Of a stretch of DNA of 64,000 bases, positions 1-10,448 are shown piece after piece. Source of the stretch: an uncultured delta proteobacterium (GTDB lineage Bacteria; Desulfobacterota; Binatia; Binatales; Binataceae); contig CAVRVY010000004.1 of NCBI GenBank assembly GCA_963724765.1, positions 1,120,001 through 1,184,000 of the forward strand. The letters run 5' to 3'. The notes beneath the pieces are model-generated. The model was not told the origin of the DNA, ran no database searches, and saw only the letters and a list, made by a program, of their open reading frames with translations. Numbering within the stretch: position 1 is the stretch's first letter; the number at the start of each line of letters is the position of its first letter. The position numbers were made by a program, and so were the translations under genes.

Positions 1-693
1 CTGGAAGAATTCAGGCTGCTCTCGAACCTCGACACGGCGGCAGAGCGGCGGTTGCAGCTCATCTTCGTGGGGCAGCCGGAGCTGATAGAGCGTCTGACAA
101 GTTCCCGCATGCTCAGTCTGAACCAGCGAATCGGCGCGCGCGTGTTGCTCAAACCGCTGCAGGCGGCCGAAGTGCGCGAATATATCGATTGCCGGCTGCG
201 CACCAGGGGCGGTGCAGCGAACAAGATATTCGCCTCGGCCGCGCTCGATCATCTGGTGCGGCACAGCCGCGGAATCCCGCGGCGGATAAACATTCTGTGT
301 CACAACTCGATGCTGCTGGGGTTTGCGGCCGGGCGCGCAAAGGTCAGCCTGACGATGGCCAGGACCGCCGTCAACGAATTCGAAAACCTGCTCGGCACCA
401 AATCGGCATCGCACGATCAAGCGGCGCTCGCGCCGCGCGCGATGCGCCACTTCGTCGCAAGGACGGCGCTGGCGGTGGCCGCGCTGGTATTGGTTGCGCT
501 CGGCGTCCTTTACGTCTGGTCATCCCAGGCCTGGTTCGGCATAAGTCCGACGCACGCGAGCCTGAGTGGAAAAGCTCTCCGGCCCGTGACGGCTCCCGCG
601 ACCATGCCGGACCCGGAGGTTTTGTCAGGGTCGCTACTGCCGGCGCTGGTGGCTGCCACCAGCAGCCGCTATTCCGCCGGTGCCCAATCATGA
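1..693 (+). CDS. ExeA/GspA-like AAA ATPase, 5'-truncated by window edge
   Basis: Frame 1 is open from base 1: LEEFRLLSNLDT...LQLIFVGQPEL...LNQRI...SRGIPRRINILC, typical ExeA-family motifs; C-terminal TM helix. Confidence 0.85.
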   Translation: MEEFRLLSNLDTAAERRLQLIFVGQPELIERLTSSRMLSLNQRIGARVLLKPLQAAEVREYIDCRLRTRGGAANKIFASAALDHLVRHSRGIPRRINILCHNSMLLGFAAGRAKVSLTMARTAVNEFENLLGTKSASHDQAALAPRAMRHFVARTALAVAALVLVALGVLYVWSSQAWFGISPTHASLSGKALRPVTAPATMPDPEVLSGSLLPALVAATSSRYSAGAQS

Positions 694-1445
694 GCAAATA
701 CTACGAAGCGATAACTCGCCCGCAACAGCCGCGCCAGGTCGACGACCAGCATCGCGTGGATACTTCCGTATTCGCCGGCAACAACGCGGCGGCGCACTCG
801 CTGGTTCCGCTTCCGATCCTCGAGCACGTTCCGGCCGCGGTGGCGCGCGCGAGCGCGATCCGCAATCTCACCGAGCGTCTGGCGCCCCTGGCGGTGGTCT
901 CAAGGTCCACCCGCCTGGCGGTGACCGGATGTCGTCCGGGCGACGGCGCGTCGACGGTGGCGACGGCGATTGCCATCGACATCAGCCAGCGCCTGGGCCT
1001 GCGCACGATGCTGGTCGACGCCCACCTGCGGCATCCGACGCTTCATCGCCTATTCCAGCATCCCGGCCGGCGAACGCCCGAGCTGGTGCTCGATGGCGCG
1101 TTGCAGATCCGCGCCACCGAATGGCCCCGGCTGGAGCTGGTTACCTGCTGCCTGTCGAGTCCCGATTCGCAACGGCAGTTGTTCGATGAATTCGAAACGC
1201 TGTTCAGCGGGTATTCGGCCGTGATCGTCGATCTCGGCGTGACCCGGCTCGACGCGCGAATGCTGCCGCTGGCCAGGCCCGAAGATCCGATTGTCATGGT
1301 CGTGCGTCAGGGCCATACGGAGCGGCGCGAACTGGCCACGACCGCCAGCGCCTTGCGCGCGGCGAACCGTTCTCTGGCCGGCGTGATTCTTAACGATGCA
1401 GCCGATCCGGTTGCGAAACCACTACGGAGACTGTTGGGAACATGA
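690..1445 (+). CDS. CpsD/CapB-like BY-kinase domain protein with degenerate Walker motifs
   Basis: ATG at 690 overlaps upstream stop (ATGA); MSKYYEA start; VTGCRPGDGAST, LVDAHLRHP, VIVDLG, GVILN. Confidence 0.75.
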   Translation: MSKYYEAITRPQQPRQVDDQHRVDTSVFAGNNAAAHSLVPLPILEHVPAAVARASAIRNLTERLAPLAVVSRSTRLAVTGCRPGDGASTVATAIAIDISQRLGLRTMLVDAHLRHPTLHRLFQHPGRRTPELVLDGALQIRATEWPRLELVTCCLSSPDSQRQLFDEFETLFSGYSAVIVDLGVTRLDARMLPLARPEDPIVMVVRQGHTERRELATTASALRAANRSLAGVILNDAADPVAKPLRRLLGT

Positions 1446-2551
1446 GTCAACTTGCAAGTGCAGCGGAGTTGGGAACGTCTGAGGTGCGCGACCGCAACGG
1501 CGGTGCCGATACACAGGCGGCGCGCCGCCTGCGCGGCGTTGCAGTGGTCGGCCTGGGCTACTGGGGTCCCAACTGGGTACGCAACTTTTATCAACTGCGC
1601 TGCGCCGAACGTGTCATCGCCTGCGACCTCGATCGCGGCCGCTGCGAGCGCATCAGCAACCTCTATCCGGCCGCCGAAACCGACCTGAGCTTCGAGGACG
1701 TACTTGAAGACCCTGACATCGAGGGCGTGATAATCGCGACCCCGGTGAGCCGCCACTACCCGATGGCGCGCCGCGTGCTGGAAGCCGGCAAATCGGTGCT
1801 GGTCGAGAAGCCGCTGGCGATGTCACCGACGGAGGCGACCGAGCTGATGCGACTGGCGCGCGCGCGCGGCGGCGTGCTGATGGCCGGACATACGTTCGAG
1901 TACAGCTCGCCGGTGCTCAAAATCCACGAGGTCATATCGGCGGGCGAGCTGGGCGAGGTTTTCTACGTGAGCTCGATTCGGGCCAACCTCGGACTGTTCC
2001 AGCACGACGTCAACGTGGTCTGGGACCTCGCCACGCACGACATTTCGATCATCCTCATGGTCATGGGCCGGATGCCGGAGTCCGTGAGCTGCCAGGGGCA
2101 GAGCCATTACCGGCGCGGGGTCGAGGACGTGGCGCTGCTGGCCTTGCACTTCGCGGACAATGTGATCGCCTTCGTTCAAGTGAGCTGGCTCGACCCCAAC
2201 AAGATTCGCCGCACCACCATCGTGGGCTCGCGCAAGATGCTGGTCTACGACGACACCGCCTTGCAGGAGAAGATTCGCATCTACGATAAGGGCGTCGACA
2301 TGCAGCGCTACTACGACACCTTCGGCGATTTCCAATTCTCCTACCGCTACGGTGACATCCAGATCCCGCGGATCGAGGAGGCGGAGCCGCTCAAGGCCGA
2401 GTGCGAACACTTCGCCGACTGTATCCTCAACGGGCGCACGCCGCGCACCGACGGGCTCTCAGGTGCGCGCGTGGTAAGCGTGCTCCACGCGGCGAACCTT
2501 TCGCTGAAACACGGCGGACGCAAAATCACGGTCGAAATCCCACGGGTGTGA
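1442..2551 (+). CDS. Gfo/Idh/MocA oxidoreductase (nucleotide-sugar dehydrogenase)
   Basis: VVGLGYWG Rossmann motif, VLVEKP, WDLATHD. Confidence 0.9.
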   Translation: MSQLASAAELGTSEVRDRNGGADTQAARRLRGVAVVGLGYWGPNWVRNFYQLRCAERVIACDLDRGRCERISNLYPAAETDLSFEDVLEDPDIEGVIIATPVSRHYPMARRVLEAGKSVLVEKPLAMSPTEATELMRLARARGGVLMAGHTFEYSSPVLKIHEVISAGELGEVFYVSSIRANLGLFQHDVNVVWDLATHDISIILMVMGRMPESVSCQGQSHYRRGVEDVALLALHFADNVIAFVQVSWLDPNKIRRTTIVGSRKMLVYDDTALQEKIRIYDKGVDMQRYYDTFGDFQFSYRYGDIQIPRIEEAEPLKAECEHFADCILNGRTPRTDGLSGARVVSVLHAANLSLKHGGRKITVEIPRV

Positions 2552-2553
2552 GC

Positions 2554-3093
2554 ATGAGCGACGATATCCAAGCGCCGCGGTTTGCCTGCGTGGCCGACGA
2601 CGTTCGGCTCGGCCCGCGCGTCCGTTTGAGTCCGTTCGTCAACCTGTACGGATGCGAAATTGGCGAGGACACGCGCCTGGGCGCCTTCGTCGAGGTCCAG
2701 CGCGACGCCACCATAGGCCGGCGCTGCAAGATTTCCAGCCACACCTTCATCTGCTCGGGTGTGACGATTGAGGACGAGGTGTTCATCGGTCACGGCGTGG
2801 TTTTCATCAATGACCGCAATCCCCGGGCAACTACCGCGGACGGCGCGCCGCAAACCGAGAGCGATTGGCGAATGGAAAGCACGGTGGTGCGCCGCGGCGC
2901 GTCTATCGGAAGCGGTTCGGTGATCCTGTGTGGCATCGAAATCGGCGAGCGCGCGATGGTTGGCGCCGGCGCGGTGGTTACGCACAACGTGCCGCCGAAC
3001 GAGGTAGTGGCCGGCAATCCGGCTCGCGTGCGCCGCTCGATAACGTCGCACGAACAGACATACCCCGATAAGAGAGGTTCTAATGCAGATTAA
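2554..3093 (+). CDS. Hexapeptide-repeat sugar N-acetyltransferase (WbpD/WlbB-like)
   Basis: NLYGCEIG...KISSHTFIC.GVTIEDEVFIGHGVVFIND...VAGNPAR; ATG 2 nt after upstream stop. Confidence 0.9.
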   Translation: MSDDIQAPRFACVADDVRLGPRVRLSPFVNLYGCEIGEDTRLGAFVEVQRDATIGRRCKISSHTFICSGVTIEDEVFIGHGVVFINDRNPRATTADGAPQTESDWRMESTVVRRGASIGSGSVILCGIEIGERAMVGAGAVVTHNVPPNEVVAGNPARVRRSITSHEQTYPDKRGSNAD

Positions 3094-4291
3094 ATTTGTC
3101 GATCTGGTGTCACAGAACGCGGAAATCCGCGAGCGCGTGGAACGCGAACTGATCAAAATTCATTTCGACGCCGGCTACATCGGCGGTCCGCAGGTCAAAG
3201 CCTTCGAGGAAGAGTTCGCGGCGTTCCTCGGCGCGCGCCACGCAATCTCGCTCGGCAGCGGCACCGATGCGATCCGCTTGGCGCTGCTCGCGGTCGGAGT
3301 AGGTCCCGGCACCGAAGTGATCACGACGCCAATGACCTTCATCGCGACCGCGGCCGCCATCCGTCAAACCGGCGCCCGGCCAACCCTGGTCGACATCGAT
3401 CCGGAGACTTGCAACATCGATCCGCGCGCGCTGCGCAGATACCTGGAAGAGCGGCGCCGCCGCTCGCCGCACGGCCTGCGCGCGATCGTGCCGGTACATC
3501 TATATGGACTGCCGGCGGCAATGCGCGAGATCCAGGAGATCGCGGTGGAATTTGGCCTGCGAATCGTCGAGGACGCGTGCCAGGCCCACGGCGCTTCGTT
3601 GCACGACGGCCAGCGCTGGCGGTTCGCCGGAACGCTCGGCGCGGCCGGATGCTTCAGCTTCTACCCGGGCAAGAACCTTGGCGCATGGGGTGACGGTGGC
3701 GCGGTCGTAACCGACAACGACGAACTGGCGGAACGGGTAAGAATGCTTCGCGACCACGGGCGCATCTCGCACTACGCCCACCAGGACTACGGTTACAATT
3801 CGCGTCTCGACGCGGTCCAGGCGGCGGTGCTGCGCGCCAAGCTCGAGCGGCTGGCCGACTGGAACAGGCGCCGGCGCGAGATCGCGGAAAGCTATCGTCA
3901 ACTGCTTGACGGCGCGGACCTCGAGCTGCCCACCGAGCCCGAGGGATTTGCGTCCGCCTATCACCTGTTCGCCATTCGCAGCCGCCAGCGCGACGCAATC
4001 CGGCAAGCCCTGCTAAGCCAGAACATCGAGTGCGGCATCCATTATCCCGTGCCCCTGCATCTGCAACCGGCCTGCCGTGATCTCGGCTACCGGCCCAAGG
4101 ATTTTCCGGTGAGCGAGCGGATCGCCGACACCGAGCTATCGCTCCCGATGCATCCGCATCTGACCGACGCCGAGGTGCGGCGGGTGGCCGAGGTTGTGAT
4201 CGCAGCCGTGAGCAAGCGTCCAACCATCTTCGCCGGCGAGCATCGCCGAAATTCGGCCGTCTCTGCTCTCCCCCCGGAGCGTGGCGAGTGA
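3083..4291 (+). CDS. DegT/DnrJ/EryC1/StrS PLP sugar aminotransferase
   Basis: VHLYG, EDACQAHG, FSFYPGKNLGAWGDGG, GYNSRLD, IHYP. Confidence 0.95.
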   Translation: MQIKFVDLVSQNAEIRERVERELIKIHFDAGYIGGPQVKAFEEEFAAFLGARHAISLGSGTDAIRLALLAVGVGPGTEVITTPMTFIATAAAIRQTGARPTLVDIDPETCNIDPRALRRYLEERRRRSPHGLRAIVPVHLYGLPAAMREIQEIAVEFGLRIVEDACQAHGASLHDGQRWRFAGTLGAAGCFSFYPGKNLGAWGDGGAVVTDNDELAERVRMLRDHGRISHYAHQDYGYNSRLDAVQAAVLRAKLERLADWNRRRREIAESYRQLLDGADLELPTEPEGFASAYHLFAIRSRQRDAIRQALLSQNIECGIHYPVPLHLQPACRDLGYRPKDFPVSERIADTELSLPMHPHLTDAEVRRVAEVVIAAVSKRPTIFAGEHRRNSAVSALPPERGE

Positions 4292-4294
4292 AGC

Positions 4295-5731
4295 ATGTTC
4301 GCTGGCGAACTACAAAGACAGAAAGCGCTGTTTGCGGCTTGTGACGGCGTAGCGCTGATCGCCGCATTCGCGGCGGCGCTAATGCTGCACGACCCGTCGG
4401 GCGCTATGGAAGAGCGCCTGTTGCAAGACAACCCGGCGCTCCTGTGCCTCAGTGTGTTGGCGGTCGTCGGTCTGTGGGTGCTGGTGTTCCGCGCCTGCGA
4501 CCTCTACCGGATGCGCAACGGCGGCCTGCAGGAATCGGTCAACATCGTACGCGGCTGCTCGTACGCTGCACTGCTGACCGTGCTGGTCGGGTTCCTGGCG
4601 CACGTGGATGTTTCGCGGCTCACCGTGACGTTGGCCTATCTGCTCAGCATCCCGGCCGTCACGGTTGAACGGATGGCGACCCGGCAATGCATCCGCCGCT
4701 TCTACGCCAATCCCAAAAACGCGATTCCGCTGGTGCTGATCGGATGCAACCGGTTTGCGCGCTACCTGTGCGACCAGATCCTCGACCAGATGACGCCGTA
4801 CGAGATGGTGGGTTTTCTCGAAGACGATGGCGACATCCGCCAATACCGCGGCTGTCCGGTTTTCGGCCCTGCCGAGCGCATCGGCGAAATCGCCGCGCTT
4901 TATCCCTGCCTCGAAGCCGCCATCGTGCTGCCCGACGCGCCGCGCGAGCGGCACGAGGCGATCATCGGACTGTGCGAGCAGCAGCGCGTGCGCTGGTGGC
5001 TGATGCCGTGGGTATCGAAGTGGCCCAACGGCGGCTTGCGAGTCGATATGTTCGGCGTGGTGCCGCTCATCAGTCCGCGCGGCTCGAACATCGAGGGCCT
5101 GAACTTCGCGCTGAAGCGGGCGTTCGACGTGGCCGTAGGCGCGTTGCTGCTGATCGTCGCTGCCCCGATGCTCGCGGTGGGCGCGCTCGCCATCCGGCTC
5201 TTCGACGGCGGCCCGATCCTGTTCCGCCAGACGCGTATCGGGATGCGCGGCCGGCCCTTTAGCATGCTCAAACTGCGCACGATGCGATCGGCCAACGACG
5301 ATTCGTCGCATCGCGATTACGTCCGGCAATGGATTCGTCAGGGCGAGTCCGCGGCGCAGGACGGCTCCGGCGGCGAGCGCGTGTTCAAGCTCGCCCACGA
5401 TCAGCGCGTGACTCCCGTCGGCCGCTGGCTGCGCCGCTTCAGCGTCGATGAACTGCCGCAGCTCATCAACGTGATCCGTGGCGAGATGAGCCTCATCGGC
5501 CCCCGCCCTGCCCTGCCCTACGAGCTCGAGCTGTACGAGCCGTGGCATCTGCGCCGCCTGCAGGCAGCGCCCGGCATAACCGGTCTATGGCAGGTCAGCG
5601 GCCGCAACCATCTCTCGTTTGACGAGATGGTCCGTCTCGACGTGCAATATCTCCAGAGCTGGTCGTTCTCCGGCGATCTGCGAATCCTGGTCAGAACCGT
5701 TCCCGCACTGCTTCGCGGAGGGGGAGTGTGA
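4295..5731 (+). CDS. Priming polyprenyl-phosphate sugar transferase (WcaJ/WbaP-like)
   Basis: N-terminal TMs; KRAFD, KLRTM, DELPQLINVIRGEMSLIGPRP, PGITGLWQVSGR. Confidence 0.93.
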   Translation: MFAGELQRQKALFAACDGVALIAAFAAALMLHDPSGAMEERLLQDNPALLCLSVLAVVGLWVLVFRACDLYRMRNGGLQESVNIVRGCSYAALLTVLVGFLAHVDVSRLTVTLAYLLSIPAVTVERMATRQCIRRFYANPKNAIPLVLIGCNRFARYLCDQILDQMTPYEMVGFLEDDGDIRQYRGCPVFGPAERIGEIAALYPCLEAAIVLPDAPRERHEAIIGLCEQQRVRWWLMPWVSKWPNGGLRVDMFGVVPLISPRGSNIEGLNFALKRAFDVAVGALLLIVAAPMLAVGALAIRLFDGGPILFRQTRIGMRGRPFSMLKLRTMRSANDDSSHRDYVRQWIRQGESAAQDGSGGERVFKLAHDQRVTPVGRWLRRFSVDELPQLINVIRGEMSLIGPRPALPYELELYEPWHLRRLQAAPGITGLWQVSGRNHLSFDEMVRLDVQYLQSWSFSGDLRILVRTVPALLRGGGV

Positions 5732-7242
5732 GCGGGGTGCCAGTAGAGCCGCCTATCGAATCGTACTCCGCGGAGCCTCTCCACTCGCTGTGGCAGGCGG
5801 TCGCGCGCAGCGTGCGCGACAACGTAATCGCCGAATTCGTCGTTCAGGCGGTGCGCCTGGGCGGCTTCGTGTTGCTGGCGCGCGCGCTTAGCCCGGACCA
5901 ATTCGGCGTTTTCAGGGTACTCCTGGTGGTCGCAGTCCTCGCGACCCTGAGCAATGATGCGGGCCTCCCGGACGCGTTGGTCCAGCGCAAGGAAATCACC
6001 GCGGCCCATCAGGCCACGGCCTGGTGGCTGAGCATGCTGACGGCGCTAGGCGCGGCCGTCATCTTATATTTCGCGGCCCCCTGGATCGCGATAGCAATGG
6101 ACATGCCGGGACTGACCGGCGGTGCACGGCTCTTGTGCATTCCGATCCTGCTCGACGCAACGACCGTGGTCCCGTGCGCCCGGTTGCGCCGGAAGCTTAA
6201 CTTCGGCGCGCTGGCGGCTGCGGATGTCGTGGCGGAGGTGGCCTTCATTTTAGTCGCGCTGCTGGTGTTGTGGCGCGGGCTGCCGGCGTGGAGCCTGCCG
6301 GGAGGCCTCGCGGCGCGCTTCGCCGTGCATGCCGTCGCGATCTGGATTGCGGATCCGCATGTGCCGCGCGGGTGGCCGACGAGACAAGCCGCGCGCGACT
6401 TTGCCCGCTTTTCGATCACCGCCTGGGGCAGCCGAATCATCTACGTGTTCTCTTCCAACGCGGACTACCTGCTGGTCGGACGCCTGCTCGGCAGCTCAGC
6501 GCTGGGTTTCTATGGGATGGCGTGGGACCTGCTGCGATTCGTGCCCGATCGCCTGTATCGGGTTGCCGGGCGGGTAACGTTTCCGGCGTTCTGCCAACTA
6601 CAGGAAGACCGCGAAGCGCTCGCCCAAGCTTACCTCGACTTCTTCGACTACATGGCTCGTGTGATCCTGCCGATTGCGGCATGCGCGGCAATCGCGGCCC
6701 CGGAAATCCTGCGCACGGTTTACGGCCCTCAGTGGTTGCCCTCGGCGCTGCCGATGAGGCTGCTCGCGCCGGGCCTGGCGCTGTGCGGACTGCGGCTGGG
6801 AATCGGCTCGGTATATTACAGTAAGAACCGCCCCGAGCTCGACATATATCTGCACGGCGTACGGCTAACGTTGCTCGTAATAACGGTGCTGGGGCTCTCG
6901 CGCTACGGACTGTTCGGCGTCAGCGTGGGCATGAGCGTGGTCGAGGGCGTTGTAAGCGTGGCCGGGCAGGCGATCGCGTGCGCGTTGATCGATCTCAGGC
7001 TGCGCGACCTGGCCCGGGCCGCAATTCCTTCGCTGCGCCTGACCGCGCTTTGCGCGCTTGCGACCGTAGGCGGAAAGACCGCCGCGACGTACGCCGAGGC
7101 TCACGGCGCTATAGTCCTGGTTGCCGCCGCAGTGCCGCCGGCGCTGGTCTATCTATGGCTTGAGCGCTCGAACGCGATGGACCTGCTCGGCAGGGCATTT
7201 GTGCCTGCCGCGGACGCGCAGGTCAAACCGTCGCAGGCATAA
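5728..7242 (+). CDS. wzx: Wzx-type oligosaccharide flippase
   Basis: LARALSPDQFG, ALVQRKE, DYLLVGRLLG..ALGFY; many TMs; EPS context. Confidence 0.88.
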   Translation: MSGVPVEPPIESYSAEPLHSLWQAVARSVRDNVIAEFVVQAVRLGGFVLLARALSPDQFGVFRVLLVVAVLATLSNDAGLPDALVQRKEITAAHQATAWWLSMLTALGAAVILYFAAPWIAIAMDMPGLTGGARLLCIPILLDATTVVPCARLRRKLNFGALAAADVVAEVAFILVALLVLWRGLPAWSLPGGLAARFAVHAVAIWIADPHVPRGWPTRQAARDFARFSITAWGSRIIYVFSSNADYLLVGRLLGSSALGFYGMAWDLLRFVPDRLYRVAGRVTFPAFCQLQEDREALAQAYLDFFDYMARVILPIAACAAIAAPEILRTVYGPQWLPSALPMRLLAPGLALCGLRLGIGSVYYSKNRPELDIYLHGVRLTLLVITVLGLSRYGLFGVSVGMSVVEGVVSVAGQAIACALIDLRLRDLARAAIPSLRLTALCALATVGGKTAATYAEAHGAIVLVAAAVPPALVYLWLERSNAMDLLGRAFVPAADAQVKPSQA

Positions 7243-7299
7243 GCGTGAACACCGCGACATGGAAAAAGAGACCGCTACGATGACGCCGAGTTACCGAGC

Positions 7300-8021
7300 A
7301 TGAAGAACTATATCGCCATCACCACTATCATCCCTGGATCCAGCCGCAGCATCTGCCGCGCAACGGCACGCGCGCGCCGGGCGGCGAGTCGGTGATCATG
7401 CGTTTTCTGCCGCGCGACGCGTGGGATGGCTACGACGCCATCCTGCGGCTCGACGCCGACCTGACCTTCAAGCCGCAGTTCGCCGAGTTGTTGCTGGCCG
7501 AATTGGAAAAAGACCCGCGTCTCGGGATTGCCGGGCCCACGCTGTATGAAACGCGTGGCGCGCACTGGCGTGAGGTGCCGGCACCCTCGTTCCACACCCG
7601 CGGCGCCGCCAAGTTTTACAGCAGCGCCTGCTTCGCCGCGATTGGCGGGCTCGAGGCGGGGCTCGGCTGGGACACGATCGACGAAGTGCGGGCGATGATG
7701 CTTGGTTTCGGCACCCGAAACTTCCGGCACATCCGTGCCTATCATCATCGCCCGCAGGGCGCCGCCGGCGGCTTGTGGCAAGGCCGTAAGGCGGCCGGGC
7801 GGGCCGCCTACAACGTCGGCTACTCGCCCCTGTTTGTGGCGGCGCGTGCGCTGCGCCTGGGGCTCAAGTGGCCGCCGCTGATCGGCGGCATGGGACTGAT
7901 GGCCGGCTATCTCGAAAGCGCGGTACAGCGATCGCCGCGGCCAGTCTCGCCAGCGCTGATCAGATTCGTGCGTCGTCAACAGATACGCAGGCTTCTCATG
8001 ATGGAGTCGGTATGGCGCTGA
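7300..8021 (+). pseudogene. GT2 glycosyltransferase with internal N-terminal deletion and frameshift
   Basis: ATG 7300 gives MKNYIAIT, then at about 7324 the GT2-like text continues in another frame (YHPWIQPQHLPRNG...LDADL...GWDTIDE); the usual 'P.RNE...IIDDGS' segment is absent. Confidence 0.7.
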
Positions 8022-9232
8022 GCCTCAAGATGCCGATTGATCAAGCCGCGATTCCGGAAAGCGGCCAGCGGGTCGAATCCCCTGCGCGCAACGATGCGTT
8101 CAGCTTCTGGAAGCTGCCCGAGCAGTGGCGCGAGGCCCTGGAGCCGGTCATCGGGCCGTCCGAGGCTACCGCAGAACGCTTCTTGTTCGAGCAGTACCTG
8201 CCAGAGGTCGATCGTCATCCGCCTTCCGCGATGCGCGCATACTACTGCGTCAAACGCCTCATTCCACAAGGCCTGCGCCATCGCCTCAACTCGGCGGCTG
8301 TCCGTGTGCGTACGCGACTGGAGTTTCCGCGCTGGCCGTGCGAGAGCGCGTTGGTTGAATTCTGGCGCGACTGGCTGAGGCAGGGCCTGGAAATCCACGG
8401 CGCAACGGACGGATGGCACATCGGCTTTTGGCCGGACAACGCAAAGTGCTGCATCGTGCTCACGCATGACGTGGAGACTCGGAAGGGCTTCGATCGGATG
8501 GAGATGATCGCGGAACTCGAAGAACGACACGGCTTTCGTTCGGCCTGGAACCTGCCGCTTGCGCAATACCCGATCGATTGGCAACGCGTGGAGCGGCTGC
8601 GCTCGCGCGGCTTCGAATTCGGCGCGCACGGCCTGTGCCATGACGGCCGTCTGTTCCGCAGCCATCGCGATTTTGCCGAGCTCGCGCCGATCCTCGAGCG
8701 GCTCGCCGCCGAACACGATCTCCGCGGCTTCCGTTCCCCCTCGACGCTGCGCGATCCGAGAGCGATCGCCACCATGGCCTTCGACTTTGATTCCAGTTTC
8801 GCCGACACCGATCCCTACGAACCGCAACCCGGCGGAACCTGCAGCCTGTTCCCGTTTCATCTCTCGCGCCTGGTCGAATTGCCCTACACGCTGCCGCAGG
8901 ACCATACCATGATTCATCTGCTCCGCCGAAGCCCGCTGCCGGTGTGGACGATGAAGGCAAAATGGATTGCCTCGCTGGGCGGGATGATTCTTACCCTCAC
9001 GCATCCCGACTATTGCGGCGATGGCGTTTATCTCGCGGCCTACGAGGAACTGCTCAAGCGGCTTGGCGAGATCGATACGGCGTGGCGCGCGTTGCCCGCC
9101 GAGGTCGCCGGATGGTGGAGGCAGCGCGCACAGCTACGGCTCCAGGTCGACAACGGCCGGCCGAGCATAACCGGTCTGGGAGCAGCGCGTGCGACCGCGC
9201 GGCGGCTCAGCGAAGAACCCCTGGCGAATTAG
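8012..9232 (+). CDS. Polysaccharide deacetylase (CE4-like)
   Basis: VLTHDVET, EFGAHGLCHDG, GFRSP, ELPYTLPQD, LTHPDY. Confidence 0.82.
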   Translation: MALSLKMPIDQAAIPESGQRVESPARNDAFSFWKLPEQWREALEPVIGPSEATAERFLFEQYLPEVDRHPPSAMRAYYCVKRLIPQGLRHRLNSAAVRVRTRLEFPRWPCESALVEFWRDWLRQGLEIHGATDGWHIGFWPDNAKCCIVLTHDVETRKGFDRMEMIAELEERHGFRSAWNLPLAQYPIDWQRVERLRSRGFEFGAHGLCHDGRLFRSHRDFAELAPILERLAAEHDLRGFRSPSTLRDPRAIATMAFDFDSSFADTDPYEPQPGGTCSLFPFHLSRLVELPYTLPQDHTMIHLLRRSPLPVWTMKAKWIASLGGMILTLTHPDYCGDGVYLAAYEELLKRLGEIDTAWRALPAEVAGWWRQRAQLRLQVDNGRPSITGLGAARATARRLSEEPLAN

Positions 9233-9241
9233 GAGCGCGCT

Positions 9242-10444
9242 GTGGCCCGTGTCCTGCTCATAGCCTATACCACTTACGTCCACGACGGACGCGTCAAGCG
9301 CCACGCCGAGGCGCTGGCCGAACGCGGCGATCATGTCGACGTAATCTGTCTCGATAGTGGCCACAACGGTGTGCTCGACGGCGTCAACGTAATCGGTCTC
9401 CAGATGCCGCGTTACCGGGGCGCCAGCCGCTCCAGCTACGTGCGCAGCTACCTGCGGTTTTTCGGAAAAGCGTCGTGGGCCGCGCTGCGGCTGAGCCTCG
9501 TCGCGCGCTACGACATCGTAATCGTTTGCACGATGCCCGACGCGGCGGTGCTATGCGCGCTTCCGGCCAAGCTGCTCGGCAGCAGGGTCGTGCTCGACAT
9601 CCATGACACGATGCCGGAGCTGTATCTGGACAAGTTTGGCGGCCGGCGCGGCGCCATCGGCGCCCGCCTGCTGATGCTGGAGGAGCGCACGAGCGCAGGC
9701 TGCGCCGACCGGGTGCTGGCGGTGCACGCGCTTCATCGCGACCGGTTGATAGAGGCGGGAGTTCCGGCGCACAAGATCAGAACGGTGATGAACGCTCCCG
9801 ACCCGGCGCTCTTCAGCCCGAGGCCGGATCGGCAAGAGCGCGCCGATGGCATCTTCATCGTGGCTTGTCACGGCACGCTGACGCGCCGACTAGGGCTGGA
9901 TATCGCGATCGAAGCGATCGCCCTGCTCCATCCGCGAATACCCGGTCTGCGCATGATGGTGATCGGGACGGGCGACTATCTCGAGACGGCCAGGCAACTC
10001 GTTACCCTCAAGCAGCTTGACGGATGCATAAGCTTTATCGATCAAGTTCCCGTCCAGGAGTTGCCACGGCTGCTTGCTGAGGCCGACGTCGGGCTGGTGC
10101 CAAACCGCGCGAGCAACGCGACCCATCTTATGCTTCCGGTCAAGCTGCTCGATTATGCGGCGCTGGGCATCCCGACGATCGCGGCCCGCCTGCGCACGAT
10201 CGAGCACTACTTCGGCGAGCGTGCCGTGAGGTTTGTCGAACCAGGTGATGTCGTCGGGTTGGCGGCGGCAATCGAGGAGCTCTACCGCGACCGGGCGCGC
10301 CGCGCCGAACTGGCGTCCAATGCCCGCCGGGCGGTGGAACGTATCGGTTGGCCGGCCCAACGGGCGGAATACTACCGCGCCATAGACTCGCTGTTCGAAA
10401 AGCCGCCGTCGGCGGCGCACTACGGTCCGGAACGGGCAGCGTGA
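9242..10444 (+). CDS. GT4 glycosyltransferase
   Basis: AGGAG RBS; DGRVKRHAEAL, LDIHDTMPE, HGTL, PVKLLDYAALGIP. Confidence 0.92.
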   Translation: MARVLLIAYTTYVHDGRVKRHAEALAERGDHVDVICLDSGHNGVLDGVNVIGLQMPRYRGASRSSYVRSYLRFFGKASWAALRLSLVARYDIVIVCTMPDAAVLCALPAKLLGSRVVLDIHDTMPELYLDKFGGRRGAIGARLLMLEERTSAGCADRVLAVHALHRDRLIEAGVPAHKIRTVMNAPDPALFSPRPDRQERADGIFIVACHGTLTRRLGLDIAIEAIALLHPRIPGLRMMVIGTGDYLETARQLVTLKQLDGCISFIDQVPVQELPRLLAEADVGLVPNRASNATHLMLPVKLLDYAALGIPTIAARLRTIEHYFGERAVRFVEPGDVVGLAAAIEELYRDRARRAELASNARRAVERIGWPAQRAEYYRAIDSLFEKPPSAAHYGPERAA

Positions 10445-10448
10445 GACA

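Noticed and set aside
189-689. N-terminal extension of ORF 189..1445
   Set aside because: Overlaps the ExeA-like CDS; the coupled ATG at 690 is the better start
4379-5548. Long antisense ORFs (also 7976..9004, 44147..45187, 47227..48447 and others)
   Set aside because: Mirror frames of well-supported genes, with no motifs; expected at this GC content
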